A DNA stretch of 63,430 bases, the filler included, from Octopus bimaculoides (lineage: Eukaryota), in the NCBI RefSeq assembly GCF_001194135.2. It is 7 parts of 6 records of this genome, joined end to end, with 100 filler letters (N's around TTAATTAATTAA, not from the genome) between each part and the next. Parts side by side here need not be neighbours in the genome. Positions count along the whole stretch, not along the records: positions 9,011 to 16,476 come from NC_068991.1; positions 16,577 to 30,409 come from NC_068986.1; 5 more parts are not named here. One strand, 5' to 3'. Under the pieces are notes generated by a model, which worked only from the letters and a program-made list of their open reading frames with translations, searched no databases and was not told the DNA's origin. This document shows positions 10,721-24,504 of this stretch, piece after piece. The translations under genes were made by a program, and so were the position numbers. The stretch's first letter is position 1. Every line of letters starts with the position of its first letter.

Positions 10721-12254
10721 GCAATATCATCTACTTAGCTCAGACCTTATTAGTCCTTAGTTTCATGACATACTCAAATCTATATCTTTGCAGTTTACCT
10801 GCTTAAACCTGATTTGATCTTCACTAACACCTGGTAACTAGTGAATATATTCAGTTTAAATGCTAATATGTAATTTCTCTAGGGCCGGTATGTATGAGAA
10901 TGTAGTACAATGTTAAATAGTGGATTGACAAGAAGTGAAATAGTTTAGCATGTGACATAACAAGGGGGTTCCAGATTTGGTGTATCTGTAATCTGATAAA
11001 CCAGCCATAACGACAGCCGCCAAAATCACTTATATGCTCAAATCACCGTAGAAACAAATAGCTGCGCCTATATATTCTCACTACGTTTTTATCGACTCAA
11101 ATTCTCCATACGACAAACCTAACATTTGGCGCATCAACCCAACAAAGGTTTATAGGGAAGTCAGTAAACAGTTATCGGGCAAGATTATTTTTAAACACCA
11201 GGAAGTATCTTAATTGACACTTCGGAATATTCAGGCAAACACAAATGCAAAAAGATGGTTTGGGAAAAGTGTCAACTACACAGATCGATTTATAACATGA
11301 AGGCAAAGAAACTCGCTTTAATTACGATTACTGTATTTGCGATTAAAGCCAGCCAAATATTCCTTTTAACATGAGTGGTGGCTCATTGTGGTCGGCGAAA
11401 GATCAGCGATTTTGTTGTCCTGTCCTTACCGACAAAATTAAATCTTAAGTTCAAGCCATTTTTAGAGGTTTCTATCGATATGATGATTTTCGTCGTTGTA
11501 TCTCCATTGCAATATTCTTGGTATGGAATCATGTCACGAAAGAGGTTTCGCGCGTCTTAGGCAGATGAGCCATTATATCAATAATAAATATGTTAATTTC
11601 TTTTACTATTATTTGTCTTCTAGTTAAACATTTAACGAATTAACTTATTGACAATTTCACCAATCGTTCAATCAACCAGTCCTTTCGTCGCCATTTAAGA
11701 ATTCTCATAATGGAGCTAAAGTATTTAAGAAAATTAAAACAGGGTAATAAGAAAACTTATTCATCGCTTGAGAAGTGATATTGCCAGTCTACAGTTAAAC
11801 TATTTATACTTCACCCATAAATTCACAATATTGCCTCTCTTAAATCGAATAAAATATTGAATTATGTATATAAAAGATTAAGAGTATTATGAACAATTTA
11901 GTTCCGAGCAGCTCCCATAACAACACATTAATATCAATGAACAAGTAAATGTACAAGCGGTTTTGCAGAGAACATTACATTTATAGAAGAAATAACTAGA
12001 ACGAATAAAAACTGAATGAAATATGGAAATAGAAAGAGTTAGCTGGTTCAATCCACTATGTGCATTCAGAGCCGTAACCACTCTAGCCAAATATATTTAC
12101 ATTCTTGAATTGAATCAAACTGAATAAAATCAACCAAGCAAACAAACACATATACATTCCTACGCATATATGCACACATACATACACATAATATCAATAG
12201 TACATGTGTGTGTGTGTGTGTTTTGCAAGATTTCTCATGTGAAATCATGAGTTG

Positions 12255-13130
12255 AAACCGATATATTTATATTTCGGGATGGTCATCTTTGTTTTGTCAA
12301 ATGAACACACGCACTATATATTCATGCTTCACTTCGGGTTTATTTTACTATTGCTCTTATTTTATGTCCTATGACTAGAAATCTTTCGTCACACATTTTG
12401 TGACCTCTTCAGTGACTCTCTATCCCATGTATCTTCACCTGTTCTGTTTAGTTCATTCTGACTTTCTGTGCGTTTGGGTTTGTATGTGTGTGTGTGTGTG
12501 TGTGTGTGTGCGTATATACACGTGTCTATGTATTTTTTATGTGTTTCTTTAGTGTGTGTGTATATAGGTTTCCTTACTATACTGTTTGTATCCGTGCCTT
12601 TTATAGTTTTTCTTTTCCTTTATTTACTCATCTCTATCTTTTCTTTGTATGTGTATGTAGTTCATTTGTATGTGTGTATATGGGTTTATGTATTATACTG
12701 TAAGTATGTGTCGCATTTTATCCCCTTCAATCTGTCTTTAGTCGTCAAGTTGCGTAGTGTGGTGGTAGGGATGTTATTGTTCCATTCGTGTTTTCTGTTG
12801 AGGCTCGATCTGTCTAGTACTATGTGTGTGGCTTCTGTAGCCTGTCTACATGCCGTGTTTGTTCTATGCGTTGATAGTACCTTAATATCTTTGTTATTCA
12901 CCGAGCGTGTTGGTAGAGCACTGACGAGCCTTTCTCGTCTTTGAGCACCCGCCAGTGTTTGTCTACACTCTCTCTTATGCTACGTGTTGTCTGCTTCATG
13001 TATATTGTCTTTTTTCTGCACCGTCCTTCTGTACATCGTATACTACAGAGTATATTCTAATTTTACAAGTAACCTGTGGGTTCATCCTACATACTATACA
13101 GGTGATCTCCGTATATAGGGGCTAACGCAC
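12255..13130 (-). mobile_element. Inverted partial copy of the adjacent PLE 3' end
   Basis: Reverse complement aligns by eye with about 13840-14740 (GIY-YIG end, NRKHEW, CA-rich tail, hammerhead region). Confidence 0.85.
12384..12412 (-). ncRNA. Hammerhead-ribozyme-like motif in the PLE terminal repeat
   Basis: CUGAAGA-G-GUCACA-AAAUG-UGUGAC-GAAA: intact core and a perfect 6-bp stem II. Stems I and III are decayed. Confidence 0.55.
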
Positions 13131-13134
13131 CTGT

Positions 13135-14740
13135 ACAAGTCAGTGTCTATTTACTAGAAGCTAGCACTATGGAGAGCATCCGGTAAATAGATAACTGCAT
13201 CTGCCAGAGTATTAAGTAACAGTAGCTTACCCTAGCAAGCACGCTAACTACAGGCTACCGCTCTTAGAAACGGAAATCTGGCTGGAAACAAAGAATAATA
13301 ATGTCCAGAACTTTGATTACCAGTATGCTAAAGCCATGGCCTCTAAATACCTGGTCCTCAAGAATGCAACAATTGTAGGTAACGCCAAGTTTAATATCCT
13401 AATAGCGGATTTTTAAATGAGATGAGAACTGTGTCCCGCATGAGCGACCCAACGGAATTAGAAAGACACATCCAACATTTCCTCCAATTCATGCAGTTCT
13501 CTGGCTACAGCGAAAGGGCCAGGTTAGAGTGTTCAAAGGAGCCACGACTAGGTACAAGGCCATCATAAAGAATGATGCAAATGGGATCTGCCTGTTGTAC
13601 AGGTGCAAATCCTGGAATAGTATAGAAAGAACTAAGAAGAAGATAGCTAAGGCCAACTCATGGTACGAAAACAAAAATACCAGAGTGTCATGTTCGTTGA
13701 TGCTATTCCTAGCAATGAACTAGCGTATCTTTTTAGGAAACATTAACATTAAATAAAGTAAATCTACAGATTCAAATAGAAGAAAGGCCAGGAACTCCCA
13801 TAAAATCCCTCATTTGTAGAACATCTCCATTCGAAAGGCTCCCATGTACGGAGAACACTTGTATAGTATGTAGGATGAACCCACAGTTTAACTATAAGGT
13901 CATGAATGTAGTTTGTAGCATACAGTGTGCTGAGGGATGGTGCAGAAACAAGACAACAACATACATTAATGAAACAGTACGTAGAATACGGGAGCGAATA
14001 GGCGAACAGTGGCGGAGACTGAAAGAGAAGAAAGACTCGTTAGTGCTCTACCAACATGTGCAATTAGAACATAAAGGCTCGGTTAATATCATAGGTGTTA
14101 AGGTATCATCAATGCATAGAACACACACGACGCTTAGGCAGATCACAGTGGATACACACATAGCAGTAGACAAACCGAACCTCAAAAGAAAGCACGAATG
14201 AAAAAATTACACCCACCACCACACTACGCAACACGAGAAATAAAGACAGAACGGAGGGAGGAAATAAGACACATACAAACAGTACGTACACACACACATA
14301 CAAACCATTACACACATACACACACAAAAAAAATACATACACATACTTAAAACGAAATGGAAAGAAGAGAAAAATAGACATAAAAAAGTAAATAAGTGGA
14401 AAAAAGGAAAATATGAAAGGCACGGATAGAAACAGTATAGTAAGCAAACCTATACACCCACTCACACAAACACACAAACACACACACACACACACACAAA
14501 TCAGATACAAAACACGTAGACACCCGTATACACACACGTACATACGCACACACAGATATAAACGCAAATGCATGTGCATATAAGGATGCACACCATGGAA
14601 AGACAAAATGGACTAAACAGAACAGGAGACATGCGGGATGGGGAATCACCGAAGGGGTCACAGGAGGTGTGACGAAAGACATCCAGCCATAAGACATAAA
14701 ATAAGAACCATAATAAAATCAATCGGAACTGAAAAACGAA
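13135..14740 (+). mobile_element. 5'-truncated Penelope-like element (RT C-terminus, GIY-YIG endonuclease, 3' pseudo-LTR)
   Basis: AYPSKHANYRLPLLETEIW...KAMASK, MQFSGY, SVMFV, then NVVCSIQC...TYINETVRRIRERIGEQ...LYQHVQLEH...LRQI...NLKRKHE. Stops and frameshifts are present. Confidence 0.85.
14649..14677 (+). ncRNA. Degenerate hammerhead-like motif, counterpart of 12384-12412
   Basis: CCGAAGG-G-GUCACA-GGAGG-UGUGAC-GAAA. Stem II is intact and the core has two substitutions. Confidence 0.4.
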
Positions 14741-14807
14741 TACATAATGCATGTGTTTATTTGCCACCCACCCCCCCAAAAAAAGATGGACATCCCAAAA
14801 TATAACA

Positions 14808-14850
<43 letters not shown>

Positions 14851-15246
14851 CATATGTACATTTGCATACATAATCGTACATACACATACGCAAACAAGCA
14901 CATACATACATGCCTATATATATATATGTATATGTANNNNNNNNNNNNNNNNNNNNNNNNNNNNNNNNNNNNNNNNNNNNNNNNATATATATATATATAT
15001 ATATATACATATATACATATATAAATATGTTTGAATATATATATATATATATACATGTATGTATTTATATATGTATACGTCTTGAAAATATGTATGTATG
15101 TAGGCATATACATTGTATTCTGTTGTCGGTGAGATTACTGAACGCAGAATGTATGCCATCAAGTGAGAGGTAAAATCATGTGTGTATTTGTATGTGTGTG
15201 TGAGAGAGTGTGTGTGTGTTGTCTGTTAGTGTGTGTACATACATAG

Positions 15247-15317
<71 letters not shown>

Positions 15318-16124
15318 CACACGCATACACACGCGCACATATATATATAAATTCAGTGGAGATGCTGTTGGCAACAGACATCTATTTTAATTGGTTACGA
15401 TAAAATGTTTCATTTCTACGATCTTCACTGTAATGAAGACAACACACAACACATCAAAATCATATAACTAATCTCATCTTTCATTAAAGTGTGTCTCCAT
15501 TTGTCTATAATCTTAATCTCATGCCCACGGTAAAACATCTTTCATTTGTACATGAGTCTGAGTGGAAAAAGAGGAAAATATTGTCTTGGCTAATTAGACA
15601 TTACTTAAAAGGGGGTGAAATTGAAATATATATCAAATTCTAAAAAGTAAAACTAATAGAAATCTGCAGGAGACACACCTCTGAGATGTATCTATGATCT
15701 GATATTAATTCAAATTCCATATGTTTCTTTGCAAATAGAATTACCTGATGTAATGGCAACAATCTTTAAAAATTACCAGAAATTATCGAGACTTTTTTTA
15801 TATGTTACAATAAGGGGATTGTTAATTCCTTAGATCGCTTTGACAATAACGGCTTAACCCATAGTAACGTATTTGGGGTTCAGACGGCATATTCAAGTTC
15901 CCAGGTCTGCAATCACATTCTTTTACTTTCTTTAAATACCTGTTTTTCTAGTCGTAATAAATATCAATCTGTTTAACAATGAGCTACTGGGTAATCAGTT
16001 ATGTGGTCGCTAGAAATACTACACAAATCTCATTCAAAAAAAGGCTGCTGTATAATATATGTGTGTATGAGTGTTTGTGCATATGTGTGTGTGTGCATGT
16101 GTGTTTTTATGTGACAATATTGAC

Positions 16125-16325
16125 GAGCAGTGAGTTAGCACTAACGTTAGAGCGTCGGAAATATGCGGCTGTTTACGTTCTGAGTTCAAACCCCGCTGAA
16201 ATCGACTTTGCTTCACACCATACCGGAGATGATAAAATAAAGCACCAGTGATGTATTGCAGTCGATTTAATCGCCTCCTTCCTCCAAAATCTTAGGCGGT
16301 TGTGTGCCGAGTTTAGAAACAATTA
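16125..16325 (+). mobile_element. SINE family A, diverged
   Basis: GTTCTGAGTTCAAACCCCGCTGAAATCGACTTTGCTTC...GATAAAATAAAGCACCAG. Confidence 0.7.
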
Positions 16326-16476
16326 TTACAGTTCCAAGTAACTTCTACAAGAACAGTTGTAAAATCATAGATTAAATACACAAGATAATTTAAAGTGGCA
16401 ATAAGTAATTAATATTAAAATGCGTTCAGTGAAAATGAATCATTTAAATAGATTTAATATTATCAATCAGAATGAA

Positions 16477-16576
16477 NNNNNNNNNNNNNNNNNNNNNNNN
16501 NNNNNNNNNNNNNNNNNNNNTTAATTAATTAANNNNNNNNNNNNNNNNNNNNNNNNNNNNNNNNNNNNNNNNNNNN
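16477..16576. other. Artificial scaffold-join spacer
   Basis: 44 N + TTAATTAATTAA (16521-16532) + 44 N. Confidence 0.95.
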
Positions 16577-16655
<79 letters not shown>

Positions 16656-18736
16656 CACACGTTCAAACAAACACACACAAACACATGTATGTATAGCAGG
16701 GAATACTGTAGTATTAACAGTTACATTTCTTTTACAATTTGAAATATAATTTTCCTAAGAGATAATAATAGGATATCATACAATAGACTTTAATTTAGAG
16801 TTAGTTAAAACAGGAAAACAAACAATTTGACAAACCTTATTTTGAAAAGCAATACTGATTAAACTTCATATTTCTTAGGACATTTATCTGCTGATAAGGA
16901 AATATCTATGTACTATAAGACAGGAATAAAATACATTGGATAAAACAAGATAATCATATTTTTCTAGTTCACAATTTGTACCTGCTTACTCTATAAACCT
17001 ACTTATTTAATTTTAATAACAATTATCTAAACATAATACTTATTAGCTTTTGTATTGCTTGGGGTAGCTATCCACTGATAAAGAAATACCTGTGTATATA
17101 GATAGACGTAGACTTGATAAAGCAAGTTATTCATATATTTGTAAAGTACAAATAATGTAAGTTTACTCTATAAAGTAAATCTCTTTACTTCAGTTTTTAA
17201 TATGATTAACATCAACTTTTTTTCCATGAATACATTTTAATAAGTCTCTGATAAACTAATTACATTCAAACATTGGAAATATTGGATTACATCAACTCCA
17301 TAATGAATGGTAACCCGCTTAAATAAGTTTTGGTCACTCACTTGTGAAGTCTATGCTTAATGATCCTTCTAACTACTGTGCATATTTAGAACAAGCAACA
17401 TGACATTTATGGTGACAAATTGACAAAGTTGTTAGAGCAGGCATGGATAACCCTTTTCAAAAAGTTGACCACATGAAACATGGCTTACTATCACATGGGC
17501 AACACTAAAAAAATTCAAGGTAATTTTTCATGTGTCACTTAAAGAGTAGAGTTATGTGGGTCACAATTTGCTCATGACTGTGTTAGAGCATGGAACAAAA
17601 TGCCTTGGGAAATTTTTTCCACCTCTTTATGTTATGAGTTCAAATCCTGCCAATCTCTACTATGGCTTTCATTCTTTTGGGGTCAAGTGTTAGCCTAGCA
17701 TGATGGATAGGCAAAATTGTTAGAATGTCAGATGAGATGCTTTGTGAAATTTATTACAGCTCTTTGCATTCTGAGTTTGTGAGTAGTAGACTTACTTCTG
17801 AGTTTGTGGATGGTGGCAAATCACCCAATTTCCTATTACCACCTGGTCTTTTGATGTCTTTGGTGGAGCTCACTATCTTGCAAGCATTCAAGCCAGGTCT
17901 TCTCTACTATGAGAATTTTCTCCTATTCTCCCACTAGTCTCAGAGGCTTTGAAGAAAATAAAGTCTCAAACACTATCCCTGACTAATATGTAAAATGAAT
18001 AAACAAAAGTCTAAATACTTCTGATTGGCATTAAGAAATTACAAATGCTTTTTTATTAAGTGTAAATATTAGTTCAGTCTGGTAAACCTCCTAAATTCTT
18101 AAAAAGAATGGTTTCTGATTTAGGCATCAGACCAAAAATTTCCAGAGGAGGATATTAGTTGATGCCATCAACCTCAATGCTTAATTGGTACTTTGTTTCA
18201 TACTAACCCAGAGAAGATGCAAGGTAAGCTTGACCTTTGTGGGATTTGAACTCAGAATATAAATAGTTTGATGAAAAACTGTGAAGTATAAAGTTCAGAG
18301 TCATTAAAATGTTGGATAGAAGAATACCTTGAGGAATTTGTTCTGACACACCATATTCTGAGTTCAAATCTTTCCAAGGTCAACTTTGCTTTTCATCTTT
18401 CTTGGAATCAATAAAACACGTACCTTTCCAGTGTGGTGGATTTACGGAACTTTTAGAATGTCAGGCAGCACACCTTGCATATCTGTTCCAGCTCTAAACA
18501 TTCTGAGTTCAGATTCCACCCAGTCACCAAGAAACAGTAACACTCCTGTCAGGAGTTGTGACTGACTTGGCTGATAGTATTGGCAATTTCAAAAACTAAT
18601 GGAAATATAGTTTCCTTAGTTCAATTTGAAGACTGACAGACACTACTATAAAATAACTGTGTATGTGTGTGTGTGCGCACACATGCATGCGCATGCATGT
18701 GTGCGTTCTGTGACATTTGCTTTGGATGATATTATT

Positions 18737-19690
18737 CTTCATTGTAAAAGATAAAATAAAACCTCTAAATCCACGACTACTAATTTCTAAAATTAAACTT
18801 CCTCCCTTCATTTTGATGCTACTTCTAATTTTTTCCTTTATGGTTTGGTCTAGAGGCAGGGGTTAGTACCTATGGCCTAGCAGTGTGTTACTTTTTTTTC
18901 TCAGGAACCCATTATACCTTAAAGCATGCATCAGATATTTTTCTTTTTCTGATAATTGTATTAATGATGCAGGCTGAATGGTAAAGGTTATAGATCCATA
19001 ATCCATCACTGATAGATACAGAGTTTACTGTAGGTATTACCTAAGTGGAAAGAGAGATAGTGCTCCATACTCTCTGTTTGGAATTATCTCTGCTAATTCT
19101 GCTACTCTTATAGTAGACTATTGTTTTCTGAATATGCACCTCATTTATTACACTTGTCTCTCTCTGTTTCTCATCTTCCATAATATATTCCCTCCCTCTA
19201 AACTCGGCATCAAACTTTATACTTCATTGTAAAAGATAAAATAAAACCTCTAAATGCACGACTGCTAATTTCTAACATTTAATCTCCTCTCTTCATTTTA
19301 ATGCTACTTCTAATTTTTTCTTTTATGGTTTGGTCTGGAGGCAGGGGTTAGTACCTATGGCCTAGCAGTATGTTACTTTTTTTTCTCAGGAATCCATTAT
19401 ACCTTAAAGCATGCATCAGATATTTTTCTTTTTCTGATGCAGGCTGAATGGTAAAAGTTATAGATCCATAATCCATCAGTGATAGATACAGAGTTTACTG
19501 TAGGTATTACCTAAGTGGAAAGAGAGATAGTGTTCCATGCTCTCTGTTTGGAATTATCTCTGCCAATTCTGCTACTCTTATAATAGACTATTGTTTTCTG
19601 AACATGCACCTCGTTTATTGCACTTGTCTCTGTTTCTCATCTTCCATAATATATTCCCACCCCACTCTAAACTCAGCATGAAGCTTTATA
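18737..19690. repeat. Head-to-tail duplication of about 485 bp (two copies)
   Basis: CTTCATTGTAAAAGATAAAATAAAACCTCTAAAT begins at both 18737 and 19222. The copies are colinear with scattered substitutions and small indels. Confidence 0.95.
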
Positions 19691-20725
19691 TTTTGAGGAC
19701 TGCTGCTCCAAGGAATTTCTCTTTCTATTATTTCTGCAGTTAACTAACCAATATCTATTTAAGCTATACTTAAACCATAGCAGTCTCACTTTCACTACTT
19801 ATATAAACCAAAGCTAAAGAAAATGCCATTATTTCTTAGTTAAGAGAAAAATAATAAAATCCAGTAAATTTCATGTCAAGATGGAAAGATGGGTGCAAAA
19901 TAGATAAAATATATATATACCTACTTATTATTACATAATTGAATGTTTAACTTCAATATCATAATAATACATAAAATGAATTCCATTTGTGTTTAAGCTA
20001 TTTTAGCTCAAGAAAACTGTTTCTTTGCAATTCTCATTGAAAATATTTATTTAAAACATTTTCAAAGTTTTAATCTGATAAAAAGATATATTTTGTTGAA
20101 TATCAATAGTTTATTCTTGTTACAATGTTTGTTACTGGTGTATTTTTTAAATTTTTAAATACATTTTAAGTTTCAAATGTTCTTCCATGATGTAAGTTAC
20201 GTTTGTTAATAACAAATATGATTTTCCTGCTTGATACTTTTACAAGGTTTTTAATATTATTTCAAAATTTAAAAAGTTCTTTTTCAAAGAAATTTTAACA
20301 ATTATACAAGTTGTTCAATCAAAATATTTTGATTACCTACACTGCATCTTTCTAAAAATATTGTAAAAATTACCTTCAGGTAAAGTATCTTTAACATAAT
20401 GGGAGTAATGCACAAAATAAATAAGTAAAAAAATAAATAAGTAGATAATACAGTTGTTTTCTTTGATCATGTATTATAATTTTGATATGATATATTTGAG
20501 TGAAATATCATTGAATCTTGAAAGCCACTCTTCAGCGACAATTTACATTGTAGCAACAATAAATGCTTCAAACTGAACGAACTAAGACTTCCTAATCTCT
20601 CTCTTTCTTTTCCTCTCTCTCTCTCTGTCTATACATGCATACATACATACATACATACATACATACATACACACACATATACATACATATATGCATGCAT
20701 ACGTACATCTGTATATACATTCACG

Positions 20726-20757
<32 letters not shown>

Positions 20758-21689
20758 TACATACAAACATGCATACATACAAACATGCATACATACATTC
20801 ATTTATACATACATTCATGCATACATACGTACATACATACATACATACATACATTCATACATTCATACATGCATGCATACACACACACACACATACATAC
20901 ATACATACATACATACACACGCAACAATCTAATTCCTGGATATACTTTAAGTTACTACGAAAGTAAAATTTGAAAATATTTAGCTGTTAACGTCTCTCTG
21001 CTTGTTAACTTCTACTCTGTATTTGTCTCCCTTTAATTCCTCTGAACTGGACATTTCTCTCTTAAAAATAATTATTCTATTAAATAAGGTTAATTGTTTC
21101 AGTATAATAATTATCACACTTTGTATACTGTATTCCTTACTTAATTTTTCTATTGTTAATTATGTTAATTACTTGACTTTCCATCATTAATAGTGCCCAT
21201 CACTGAGTGAGTGGCCAATTTTATTGTCTTCTACATGAGAGATGTAGAATTCAATTGCAGGAGAGGATGAACTCGGTACTATGAACTAAAGAAACAATTG
21301 ATCATTTGATAGTGCATCTCCTGCTAACCACAGCAGCAAGCTTGGTCCTAACAGAATACTTGTTTACAACTAGGGGAGGAACTGATCCATTTGAGACTTG
21401 TCTTGGCCACAGACACTCAACATGATGTCGATGGCTGGAAGATAAGAAACATAATGGCTGAATGAATAAGACATAAATGTAGTGGTTAAAAAGTTTGGTC
21501 TGGAGCTATGAAGTTCTGAGCTTGACCTAACCGTGTAACACCTTTTACCATTATAACTGGGTTGATTGATATCTTGTGAGTGGAATTTGGTTCATGGAAA
21601 CTGTGTAGTAGCTTGTTGTGTGTGTGTGTATGTATATATATATATGTGCATGTATGTATGTATGTGTGTGTGTGTGTGTGAAGATGCAT

Positions 21690-21850
21690 AGGCTAAGGTT
21701 AGGGTTTTGCATTCAGGATCACTAGATCGTAGGTTCAATTCCCAGATTGGGCCTTGCATTGTGTTCTTGAGCAAAACACTTCATTTCATGTTGCTGCAAT
21801 CCCCCAGTGATGTGTAAGAAATCTGATAATCTGGTCAGTCATGTGATCAA
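21690..21850 (+). mobile_element. SINE family D head
   Basis: GGTTCAATTCCCAGATTGGGCCTTGCATTGTGTTCTTGAGCAAAACACTTCATTTCATGTTGC. Confidence 0.65.
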
Positions 21851-22958
21851 GTGATATATATATATATATATATATATATNNNNNNNNNNNNNNNNNNNNN
21901 NNNNNNNNNNNNNNNNNNNNNNNNNNNNNNNNNNNNNNNNNNNNNNNNNNNNNNNNNNNNNNNNNNNNNNNNNNNNNNNNNNNNNNNNNNNNNNNNNNNN
22001 NNNNNNNNNNNNNNNNNNNNNNNNNNNNNNNNNNNNNNNNNNNNNNNNNNNNNNNNNNNNNNNNNNNNNNNNNNNNNNNNNNNNNNNNNNNNNNNNNNNN
22101 NNNNNNNNNNNNNNNNNNNNNNNNNNNNNNNNNNNNNNNNNNNNNNNNNNNNNNNNNNNNNNNNNNNNNNNNNNNNNNNNNNNNNNNNNNNNNNNNNNNN
22201 NNNNNNNNNNNNNNNNNNNNNNNNNNNNNNNNNNNNNNNNNNNNNNNNNNNNNNNNNNNNNNNNNNNNNNNNNNNNNNNNNNNNNNNNNNNNNNNNNNNN
22301 NNNNNNNNNNNNNNNNNNNNNNNNNNNNNNNNNNNNNNNNNNNNNNNNNNNNNNNNNNNNNNNNNNNNNNNNNNNNNNNNNNNNNNNNNNNNNNNNNNNN
22401 NNNNNNNNNNNNNNNNNNNNNNNNNNNNNNNNNNNNNNNNNNNNNNNNNNNNNNNNNNNNNNNNNNNNNNNNNNNNNNNNNNNNNNNNNNNNNNNNNNNN
22501 NNNNNNNNNNNNNNNNNNNNNNNNNNNNNNNNNNNNNNNNNNNNNNNNNNNNNNNNNNNNNNNNNNNNNNNNNNNNNNNNNNNNNNNNNNNNNNNNNNNN
22601 NNNNNNNNNNNNNNNNNNNNNNNNNNNNNNNNNNNNNNNNNNNNNNNNNNNNNNNNNNNNNNNNNNNNNNNNNNNNNNNNNNNNNNNNNNNNNNNNNNNN
22701 NNNNNNNNNNNNNNNNNNNNNNNNNNNNNNNNNNNNNNNNNNNNNNNNNNNNNNNNNNNNNNNNNNNNNNNNNNNNNNNNNNNNNNNNNNNNNNNNNNNN
22801 NNNNNNNNNNNNNNNNNNNNNNNNNNNNNNNNNNNNNNNNNNNNNNNNNNNNNNNNNNNNNNNNNNNNNNNNNTATATATATATATATATATATATATAT
22901 GAGTTTGTGTATATATACATGTCCATATATGTATGTGTATGTATATATGTATACATAC

Positions 22959-23017
<59 letters not shown>

Positions 23018-23706
23018 CATACATACATACATATACACATACATATACACATACATATATTTAGGTACACATGTGCATATACACATATATACACATACAC
23101 AGACATATAAATATGTGTATAGATAAGTACGTAGATTGAATTACACACATGCATGCAAAACTACACACACACACATACACAAATATATACATATATAAAA
23201 GACAGAACATTATATACACCATGAAGTACAAACTGATTTAAACACCCACACGNNNNNNNNNNNNNNNNNNNNNNNNNNNNNNNNNNNNNNNNNNNNNNNN
23301 NNNNNNNNNNNNNNNNNNNNNNNNNNNNNNNNNNNNNNNNNNNNNNNNNNNNNNNNNNNNNNNNNNNNNNNNNNNNNNNNNNNNNNNNNNNNNNNNNNNN
23401 NNNNNNNNNNNNNNNNNNNNNNNNNNNNAATACCGCTAAGCATTTCGGCTGGCGTGCTAACGGTTCTGCCAAGTTGCTGCTTTATATATATATATATATA
23501 TATATAAATATATATATATTTGAAGGTTTGGAGGTGATGTACAGAAATTATATAGAAAAAAATTAAGGTACTCAGAAACCTGGATGTTTGTACATTTACA
23601 GATTTTTATTAATGTCACCTATTAAATGAAACGCTTTTTACCTAGTCGTACATATACATATATACATATACATACATATATAGATACATATATCTATATA
23701 TGTATA

Positions 23707-24050
23707 CACTTCTAGATTGTAAAGTTACATGTCTAAATACATGTTATTCTGATACTGTTCTTTTTAACTCAAATGGTTTAATCTGAGTTGTAGGTGTTAG
23801 GTTTACATTAGTTAGGTGGTTAAGATTGGAATATGTGAATGTGTTTAGCTGCATGTAGGCATCTGGGTAATTGTTCTGTAAATCTATTTATAATGTGCTC
23901 CTTTATTAACAATATTGAGAATTGCTCTTCAGAACATAGCTGGCAATTCCAGGATAATGTGTTGTAGGGACTCGCATGTCTAATTATCGACCAGGTATGG
24001 TCATATTTTGCTTTCTCTTCCTTGAGTTTCCAAATAAAATCAGCAACAAT
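23707..24050 (-). mobile_element. Inverted partial copy of the PLE at 24505-25085
   Basis: Reverse complement aligns with about 24737-25085, e.g. AATCTTAACC...CTAACTAATGTAAACCTAACACC...TTAGACATGTAA...TTTACAATCTAG. Confidence 0.9.
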
Positions 24051-24087
24051 TCAAACAAAAACTCAAACACACCCTGAAATAGTGATA

Positions 24088-24460
24088 ACAAGAGCACTCA
24101 GAGTGCACAAACCTCCGCCAAGGCAACACCAACGTCTTCTCAATGATTAGCTGGAGATAATTTTTTTGAATGAGCATATCTGAAATAAACTCAACTGCTC
24201 TTACAAGCAAGAATACTAAAAATGAACCTGACCGCTCTCAAAAATTAAGTGAAAAAACAGGAAAAATAATCCAGAATCCTTGTCCGGTACCAGATCGCTC
24301 CCAAAATCTAATCAGTTTGTGCCAGTCATGAGGCCAAACATCCCTGAAAGTTTCATCTGAATCCACCCAGCAGTTTTTGAGATAACTTGTCCACAGACAA
24401 ACAAACAAATGAGCACAACTGAAAACAATATCCCTGCCTTCATTAAGGTGGAGGTAATAA
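24088..24460 (-). mobile_element. Helentron-associated (HINE/DINE-1-like) non-autonomous element
   Basis: Reverse strand: TTATTACCTCCACC...GTTTGTTTGTCTGT...TCAAAAACTGCTGG...GATGAAACTT...GGCGGAGGT...CTCTGAGTGCTCTTGT. Subterminal inverted repeat 24111-24119 / 24447-24455 with one mismatch. Confidence 0.65.
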
Positions 24461-24504
24461 AAGGATAACAATGACCACAAATATACTGAACAGAACCAAT
24501 TCAC

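Noticed and set aside
15425-15764. Possible minus-strand 19-nt microexon plus an exon starting at 15557
   Set aside because: Careful translation gives an early stop (SCTNERCFTVGMRLRL*). The attractive MFYRGHEIKIIDKWR frame is not reachable from the acceptor.
17337-20389. Isolated minus-strand donor/acceptor pairs (about 17340-17375 and 20375-20389)
   Set aside because: Very short, ambiguous frame and no recognisable peptide. Such signals are expected by chance in AT-rich DNA.
21786-23154. The longest ORFs in the track (400+ aa), and similar ones at 6468, 25288, 36545, 46352, 53995 and 59521
   Set aside because: They are N gaps translated as X, flanked by (TA)n or (CA)n.
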